NCBI GenBank assembly: GCA_963820525.1
Contig: CAWGAA010000001.1
Location: forward strand, 704,001-768,000
Reading direction: 5' to 3'
DNA: 64,000 nt
Origin: an uncultured Spirochaetota bacterium
GTDB taxonomy: Bacteria > Spirochaetota > Spirochaetia > SZUA-6 > Fen-1364
The notes under the pieces: model-generated
Told to the model about the DNA's origin: nothing
Seen by the model: the letters and a program-made list of their open reading frames with translations, nothing else
Databases searched by the model: none
Program-made: the position numbers and the translations under genes
Shown here: in pieces, positions 58,077 to 64,000 of the stretch
How positions within the stretch are numbered: the stretch's first letter is position 1
How the letters are laid out: each line of letters opens with the position of its first letter

Positions 58077-59162
58077 CCTGAATTCAACCTCGAAGTGCAA
58101 CGATTCTTATTTTTCATGATACACCTCCTGGAGCGTTCTGTAGCCGTGCCGTTTTCTAGGCCTTGAGTTTAGGCTAAAGGCAATCTGCTCGCATAGAGCT
58201 TGAGTGACATCCCTCATGCAGGTTTTCTTTGGAAGATACTGACGGATCAAACCGTTTAGGTTCTCGTTGCTGCCTCGCTCCCAGGAATGATAAGGCGTTG
58301 CAAAGTAGCATTTCAGTTCGGAATGATCCTCCAGGGGCCTGTAGTCATGGAATTCTGTACCGTTGTCCAAGGTGAGTGTCTTGAAGTTGGCTACGTTCTC
58401 CCTAATAGCCGGCAGTGCTGCCTCTGTTACTGAGGCTGCTGTTCTTGAGCTCATTTTCCTTATGATAGCAAATCCCGACTTTCGTTCCACCAGAGTGAGG
58501 ATGCAGTGATGAAGGTCCCTGCCCATGACGGTGTCGCCCTCCCAATGACCCAATTCTTTACGAGTTTCAACCTCTGGAGGCCTCGTTGAAATATGGCGTT
58601 TTCCTGGGAGAATTCCTCTTGAATCCCTTGAATTGTAACGTTTTCGCCGCAGTTTCGGCATGATTCGAAGGTTCTTAAATAGCGTTCCTCCATGTTTCTT
58701 ATCGTTCAGGATGTACTTGTAGATGGTCTCGTGACTGATTGTGAATGATCCATTCTTCTTCTGGTAAGCAGATATCTGTTCAGGGCTCCATTTCTCTTTC
58801 AAAAGAACAGTTACTTGCTGCATTTGTTCTGGGCTGAAGCGCGAACCGCGCCTTTCACGTCGCCGTCTTGCAGTTGAATAGCTTTGGGCAAGCTCAGCTC
58901 GGTACCTCAAGTCATGGTTAGTTCGGTTTCGATGAAGTTCCCTGCTGATCGTGCTAGCTGAGCGACCTAGCTCACGTGCAATGTCAGCTTTAGATCTTCG
59001 GCTTACTAAAAAAGCTGTTATGGTGTATCTTTCTTCTCGAGAGAGTTGGTGATAGTTATTCATGTATGAATCCCCTTTCTTGGCGGAAAATGGAGGCATA
59101 CAATAATATCTCAGCTCTCTCATTTTTAATCCATATCGTTGCGCTTACTATTTGAACCTGCG
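58077..59162 (-). mobile_element. IS30 family element beside an attC R'' box
   Basis: Imperfect IR TTCAA.....AAG(T/C)GCAACGAT; CTG duplicated at 58074-76 and 59163-65 (ends +/-1 bp). Confidence 0.85.
58107..59063 (-). CDS. IS30 family transposase
   Basis: YHQLSREER HTH, WSPEQI, SHETIY, GHWEGDT, DNGTEF, WERGSNENLNGLIRQY. Confidence 0.94.
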   Translation of the reverse strand: MNNYHQLSREERYTITAFLVSRRSKADIARELGRSASTISRELHRNRTNHDLRYRAELAQSYSTARRRRERRGSRFSPEQMQQVTVLLKEKWSPEQISAYQKKNGSFTISHETIYKYILNDKKHGGTLFKNLRIMPKLRRKRYNSRDSRGILPGKRHISTRPPEVETRKELGHWEGDTVMGRDLHHCILTLVERKSGFAIIRKMSSRTAASVTEAALPAIRENVANFKTLTLDNGTEFHDYRPLEDHSELKCYFATPYHSWERGSNENLNGLIRQYLPKKTCMRDVTQALCEQIAFSLNSRPRKRHGYRTLQEVYHEK

Positions 59163-60597
59163 CTGCCTAACATGCTGTTGGAGTTGACCGCCAAGGTTAC
59201 GCTTCGTGACTTTTAACTACGCGCGCTAAAGCCTTTTGTACTTAGATGATTCGGGGCGGCAACTCAACAGCGTCGTTATATCCATCTTGATTTATATTGA
59301 TTAGTGAAGAAGCATAGGATTATTAATTCGATAATAATAAAAGACGTTTTTCAATTGCCTATTTGCCTATGATGGCGTTGACATTGCTCTGTAAGGATGG
59401 CGGTGTTGTACTACATTGCTTGCTTTTCTTTAGTTTCAATACATGGCACGTCACCTCGGCTTGCCAACACCGATTGCATTCAACGGCTCGGATCAAGCTC
59501 CTTCAATTGATTCGATAGATCTTTTCTGCTATCCTCAACGCCATCATACTGGATGGATATAACATGCTGTTGGAGTTGTCCGCCTAGGCTACGCGTCGTT
59601 ACCAATAGCTACGCGCATTGAAGTCTTGGTACTTGGATGATTCGGGGCGGCAACTCAACAGCGTCGTTACATCCACGCTAATAATTTCTTTGAGAGAATA
59701 TTTTGCCTGTTCTGTTTTGAATTATTCAAAGCAAATAAAGAATTCTATTTAGCAATCTTGCAGGTTTTACTTTGGTGAATTCCTCTGATACTTTTGCGCG
59801 GGCCATGTAAGTTCCCATTGGAACAGCTCGCGCCCATTAGCTGAAAGGGTATCATCAACTTTTAACATCATTTTCTTTCGCTATGCCCGAATTCTATCAT
59901 CAATCAATTAACCTTATATTTTCTTTATATCGTGAAGCTTCTTTGCTGGCCCGCGCATATTGTTCTGTTTCCGCGTAGATGTAACATGCTGTTGGAGTTG
60001 TCCGCCTAGGCTACGCGTCGTTACTGATAGCTACGCGTGTTGAAGTATTTGTACTTAGATGATTCGGGGCGGCAACTCAACAGCGTCGTTATATCCATCT
60101 AGATTTATATTGATTAGCAAATAAGCAACGAATTATTAATTCAATAATAGAAGATAAGACGCTTTTCAATAGCTTTTTGCCCATGATGGCGTTGGCATTG
60201 TTCTGGAAGGATGGCGGTGTTGTACTACATTTGGTTGCTTGTTTTTAGTTTCAATGTATGGCACGTCACCTTGGCTTATTATCACCGATTACATTCAACG
60301 GCTCGTATCAAGCTCTTTCAATTGATTCGATAGATCTTTCCTGCTTTCCTCAACGCCATCATACTGGATGGACATAACATGCGGTTGGAGTTGTCCGCCT
60401 AGGTTACGCGTCGTTACTGATTGTTACGCTTGCTATGGTTCCTTCGGTTGCTGATTCGGGGCGGCAACTCAACCGCGTCGTTATACGTTTTAGAAATCGA
60501 AAGCAAAACATTATATTTCAATTTATAAGGTATTTTGTTGACTCCAATCATTTTAAAGCACATCCTATAGTCAGACCTAAACCTTTGCTTAAGTGTT

Positions 60598-61131
60598 ATG
60601 AAATGTTCTGTTTTCATAGCAACAAGCCTTGACGGCTGCATATCACGTGCAAACGGAAACATTGACTGGCTAATTAGCATATCTGATGCAAAAGAAGACT
60701 ATGGATACAATGCTTTTTACCAATCCACAGATTGTCTAGTAATTGGGCGCAAAACATATGAAACAGCCCTGTCATTTGGACAATGGCCTTACGAAAACAA
60801 AAAGGTCATAGTACTCACATCTAATCCGAGTACCATAAACAAGAGATTGGGTTTAGATGTTCAAACGATGTCTTTATCTCCTTTAGAGATTTTAAAAACA
60901 CTAGAATCAAACGGATATAAGCATGCGTATATTGATGGAGGAAAAACAATACAATCCTTTTTAAATGAAGGCCTTATCAATGAAATCACAATTACCTTTA
61001 TACCAATACTAATAGGAGACGGGATCCGATTATTTGGTCCTCTGAATTCCGATATAATACTCAAACACATTGAAACCAAAACTTATTCAAATGGCTTTGT
61101 ACAAATCAAATACGCATTATCAATTTTTTAA
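60598..61131 (+). CDS. Dihydrofolate reductase/RibD C-terminal family protein
   Basis: FIATSLDGCI...IDWL...GRKTYE...IDGG...IPILIGDGIRLF. Confidence 0.88.
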   Translation: MKCSVFIATSLDGCISRANGNIDWLISISDAKEDYGYNAFYQSTDCLVIGRKTYETALSFGQWPYENKKVIVLTSNPSTINKRLGLDVQTMSLSPLEILKTLESNGYKHAYIDGGKTIQSFLNEGLINEITITFIPILIGDGIRLFGPLNSDIILKHIETKTYSNGFVQIKYALSIF

Positions 61132-61629
61132 ATGACTATAATTTATCAGTATTCATAATTTTAAAACAAAGGAAAACGTATAACATGCTGTTGGAGCAGA
61201 CCGCTTAAGCTACGCGTCGTGACTTATTACTACGCGTGCTAAATTAATTGTTCCTGGTTGATGCGGCGCGGCTGCTCAACTCATTGTTACATCCACGCTA
61301 ATAATTTCTTTGAGAGAATATTTTGCCTGTTCTGTTTTGAATTATTCAAAGCAAATAAAGAATTCTATTTAGCAATCTTGCAGGTTTTACTTTGGTGAAT
61401 TCCTCTGATACTTTTGCTCGGGCCATGTAAGTTCCCATTGGAACAGCTCGCGCCCATTAGCTGAAAGGGCATCATCAACTTTTAACATCATTTTCTTTCG
61501 CTATGCCCGAATTCTATCATCAATCAATTAACCTTATATTTTCTTTATATCGTGAAGCTTCTTTGCTGGCCCGCGCATATTGTTCTGTTTCCGCGTAGAT
61601 GTAACATGCTGTTGGAGTTGACCGCCTAG

Positions 61630-63371
61630 CCCGCATTTCTCACAAACGGCACTCTGCGCAGTCTAATCATCATGAGGCGGGGCTCAACTTTGAAAAACGG
61701 TCTATTCCTTGCTGTCAGCCCCTACACGTAGATCGATTTCGTGACCCGAGTCAGTTCAATCGCCCGATTGAGCGCACTTTACAGTTCATAAGGGAAGATT
61801 CGGCGACTTCAGGACAGTCTTCTCCCAATAAACTACTCAAGACAAGGCTCAATACACGCTAACCCGATTGAAGGGAGAGTTCGTGAATACTCAGAATCAC
61901 CTGACGGAAAAGCTCTTGATATGGATAACCGCTTGCGAAGCTCACATAGATCCGGCGCACACTGACGCGCACCTGTGCGCCAATCTTCAATAGCTTCAAA
62001 CGAATCGTGTCGCACTGTGCCGAGGCCAGCTCTGTCCCCTTCAAAGCGGTCCTTCTGAGGGCACTCATGATTACGTAGGCCGCAGAGGAGAACCACAACC
62101 GAAGCTGATTCGCCCTCATCGTGGCGGAACTGGTTCGATCTGCAAAAAGGTAAAGCTGCTGTTCTTTGATACGATTCTCCATGTCTCCGCGAGCACAATA
62201 GAGCTGCTCGTACAGCTGCTGGCCAGGGAAGCGGTCCTGCATAAGTGAAGTCACCACAAACCGAGGGTTCTCTCCCTTGCGCAGATACTCCGCCTTGGCG
62301 ACAACACGTCTGCTTTTCGACCATGTCTTTTTCGTCCGATAGATCAGCTCCGCGTACTTTCGCGACGGCTCACCAGTGGACAGATACTGCCTGCGGGCTT
62401 CTGAAAGCTCCTTGCGGATCTTGCGTAAGAGGCGTGCGTTTTTCGCGATTCCGAACAGGAAATCCACGTCGTTGGACTCGCACCACACCATGATCGCTTC
62501 CCGGCAGAACCCGCTGTCGGCCCGCACAACAATACGTACCTGCGGCCATCGCTCACGGATCTGCGCAACGATCCTCGCCAACTCCTTCTCGGCACCCGAA
62601 CATGCGTCTATATTGGAGGGACGTAGCTTCGCACATAAAAGATGATCCCCGCAGAAGATGTACAACGGCAGGTAGCAATAACAATCATAATAGCCATGAA
62701 AGAACCTGCCCTCTTGATTGCCGTGCAGAGGGTCGTCGGTTGCATCCAGATCCAACACGATTTCTTCAGGAGCTTGCTCATAACTGGCCAGGAATGTGTT
62801 CACCAGGAACATCCCAACCATTGTTTCGTTCACCGTGATTTTCTTGTATCGATGCGTAGAGAGGCTTGCCCCGCCGGCGGTCTCAAGCCGATTCAGCGTG
62901 CTTTTTCCGGCAAGGGCTTTGCCTCTGTCCCGTTTCTGCCTCCTCGTTTCCCCGTTGACATCGAGTTTCCCGCAAACGGCAGCCAGAACGGGATCTTTGC
63001 GCAGCTGGTCGTGATCGTTGAGGTCTTCGTATCCCAGGCAAATGCCGAATACCCTTTGGCTTATCAATTGCTCGATGGAATGCTCGATATAGCCTTTCTC
63101 TCGATAGTCTGTGAAACAGCCCGCGAATGCTTTGATGATGCCTGTGGCGCGTTCGACCTCTCGAAGAATGAGAGCGCCGGCATCGGAACTGATCGCGCCT
63201 CCGTCGAAGTTTCCGACTACCTTTTTCTTGCCAAGGTCTTGAAAGCTAAACAGGGATGGTGTACAGTCTGTTTGCATCGTATAGCCTTTCTGTTCTGGTT
63301 TATTTTGTTTGTTGCAAAGCAATTATACCAGAGCGAAAGGCTTTTTCATATCCATTTGTGAGAAATGCGGG
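61630..63371 (-). mobile_element. Second IS1380 family element, inserted inside an attC site
   Basis: 17-bp TIR CCCGCATTTCTCACAAA; CTAG TSD at 61626-29 and 63372-75 within ACCGCCTAGGCTACG. Confidence 0.94.
61859..63277 (-). CDS. IS1380 family transposase
   Basis: FDGGAISSDAG, LDLDATDD, RADSGF, YCARGDMENRIKEQQ; related to, but distinct from, 40400-41815. Confidence 0.93.
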   Translation of the reverse strand: MQTDCTPSLFSFQDLGKKKVVGNFDGGAISSDAGALILREVERATGIIKAFAGCFTDYREKGYIEHSIEQLISQRVFGICLGYEDLNDHDQLRKDPVLAAVCGKLDVNGETRRQKRDRGKALAGKSTLNRLETAGGASLSTHRYKKITVNETMVGMFLVNTFLASYEQAPEEIVLDLDATDDPLHGNQEGRFFHGYYDCYCYLPLYIFCGDHLLCAKLRPSNIDACSGAEKELARIVAQIRERWPQVRIVVRADSGFCREAIMVWCESNDVDFLFGIAKNARLLRKIRKELSEARRQYLSTGEPSRKYAELIYRTKKTWSKSRRVVAKAEYLRKGENPRFVVTSLMQDRFPGQQLYEQLYCARGDMENRIKEQQLYLFADRTSSATMRANQLRLWFSSAAYVIMSALRRTALKGTELASAQCDTIRLKLLKIGAQVRVSVRRIYVSFASGYPYQELFRQVILSIHELSLQSG

Positions 63372-64000
63372 CTAGGCTACGCGTCGTTACTGATAGCTAC
63401 GCGTGTTGAAGTATTTGTACTTAGATGATTCGGGGCGGCAACTCAACAGCGTCGTTATCTCCATCTCAATTTATCTTGATTAGAAATGAAGTAAAGAATT
63501 ATTAATTCAATGATCTTTGATAAGACGTTTTTCAATAGCTTGTTTGCACATGATGGCGTTGGCATTGCTCTGGAAGGATGGCGATGTTGTACTACATTGC
63601 CTGCTTGTCTTTAGTTTCAATGCATGGCACGCCACCTTGGCTTATTATCACCGATTACATTCTACGGCTTAGATCAAGCTCTTTCAAATGATTCGCTAGA
63701 TCTTTTCTGCTTTCCTCAACGCCATCATACTGGATGGAGATAACATGTCGTTGCAGCTGACCGCCCAAGTTACGCGTCGTCACTTGAAACTACGCGTTCT
63801 CAGGTATTTCATTTTCTTGAGGCGGGGCGGCAGCTGAACTCCTTGTTATATCCAATCAAATTTATGATGATTAGAAATGATGTAAAGAATTATAATTCAA
63901 TAATATTGGATAGGAGGTTTTTCAATAGATTGCTTTCCCATGATGGCGTTGACATTGCTCTGGAAGGATGGCGGTGTTGTACTACTTTTCATGCTTGTCT

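Larger units (their letters stand above)
4701..61605 (+). repeat. Family B gene-less cassettes (~320 bp, 21 dispersed copies)
   Basis: Starts at 4701, 8568, 11111, 14516, 15329, 20821, 21240, 22965, 26968, 31720, 35197, 35623, 36832, 37250, 37671, 38094, 42545, 43865, 53847, 59666, 61286. Consensus GTTA(C/T)AT..ACGCTAA...GCGCGGGCCAT...GTTCC.{4}GGAACAGCTCGCGC...GGCCCGCGCATATTG..TGTTTCCGCGTAGAT(G/A)TAAC. Confidence 0.95.
1..64000 (+). mobile_element. Integron gene-cassette array (super-integron-like), ~89 cassettes, integrase not in window
   Basis: ~110-bp imperfect palindromes recur every 0.3-1.3 kb: ..TAAC-N5-GTTG(G/C/A)AG...CT(C/G/T)AAC-N5/6-GTT. They flank single ORFs or gene-less units, all in one orientation. 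Several ORF stop codons are the TAA of the R'' TAAC (31615, 33027, 43761, 49276). Confidence 0.97.
126..64000 (+). repeat. Family A gene-less cassettes (~290 bp, 36 dispersed copies)
   Basis: Starts at 126, 517, 908, 2162, 2553, 3745, 5123, 5515, 5910, 6307, 8175, 9938, 10330, 10718, 11533, 14935, 15756, 17268, 18796, 19193, 19585, 22567, 23392, 26576, 33904, 38519, 38914, 39308, 45170, 49381, 52617, 55116, 59275, 60088, 63454, 63845 (partial). Consensus GTTAT(A/C)TCC...ATGATGGCGTTG...GATGGCGGTGTTGTACTA...CAACGCCATCATACTGGATGG(A/G)..TAAC. Confidence 0.95.

Noticed and set aside
60598..61131. dfrA trimethoprim-resistance cassette
   Set aside because: Motifs fit the broader RibD-C/DHFR-like family (ATSLDG.I, P...G.G..LF) rather than DfrA; resistance cannot be inferred.
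27258..63361. Long antisense or overlapping ORFs inside IS66 and IS1380 (e.g. 27258, 27908, 40505, 50318, 62642)
   Set aside because: Shadow frames of GC-rich transposase genes.
17..63851. CRISPR array interpretation of the regular repeats
   Set aside because: Repeats are ~110 bp with attC R/L boxes, the intervening units are 170-1200 bp and often whole genes, and no cas genes are present.
126..64000. Retron or diversity-generating retroelement explanation for the variable non-coding copies
   Set aside because: No reverse transcriptase in the window, and the variation is not visibly adenine-specific. An enzyme encoded elsewhere cannot be excluded.
1..64000. Integron integrase, attI, rRNA or tRNA genes, and host taxonomy
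   Set aside because: None recognisable in this window; there are no core genes from which to assign the host.

Overview
The whole window is the inside of a very large integron cassette array (sedentary/super-integron type). By manual count 89 cassettes start in it, each closed by a ~110-bp attC site on the + strand. No intI or attI is visible; from the orientation they would lie to the left of the window. About two thirds of the cassettes (59/89) carry no credible gene. They fall into two multicopy families: A (36 copies, ~290 bp) and B (21 copies, ~320 bp, plus two divergent relatives). Both keep near-invariant GC-rich inverted-repeat boxes and hairpins in an otherwise drifting, AT-rich, indel-tolerant body. 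This is the best candidate for an undescribed system: structured ncRNA/ssDNA cassettes, promoter cassettes or selfish cassettes. Almost every cassette also has its own 9-14 bp terminal complementarity, longer than the 7-bp R box. The 30 coding cassettes include four toxin-antitoxin modules (3 VapBC, 1 MazEF), hydrolases, a GNAT, a methyltransferase, a cyclase, a SagB-like oxidoreductase, a DHFR/RibD-like protein and several possible defence proteins. IS200, IS66, IS630 (one intact copy and two IS630::IS1380 composites), IS30 and a second IS1380 interrupt the array. Coordinates and counts were read by eye, and protein calls come from motif recognition, not database searches.
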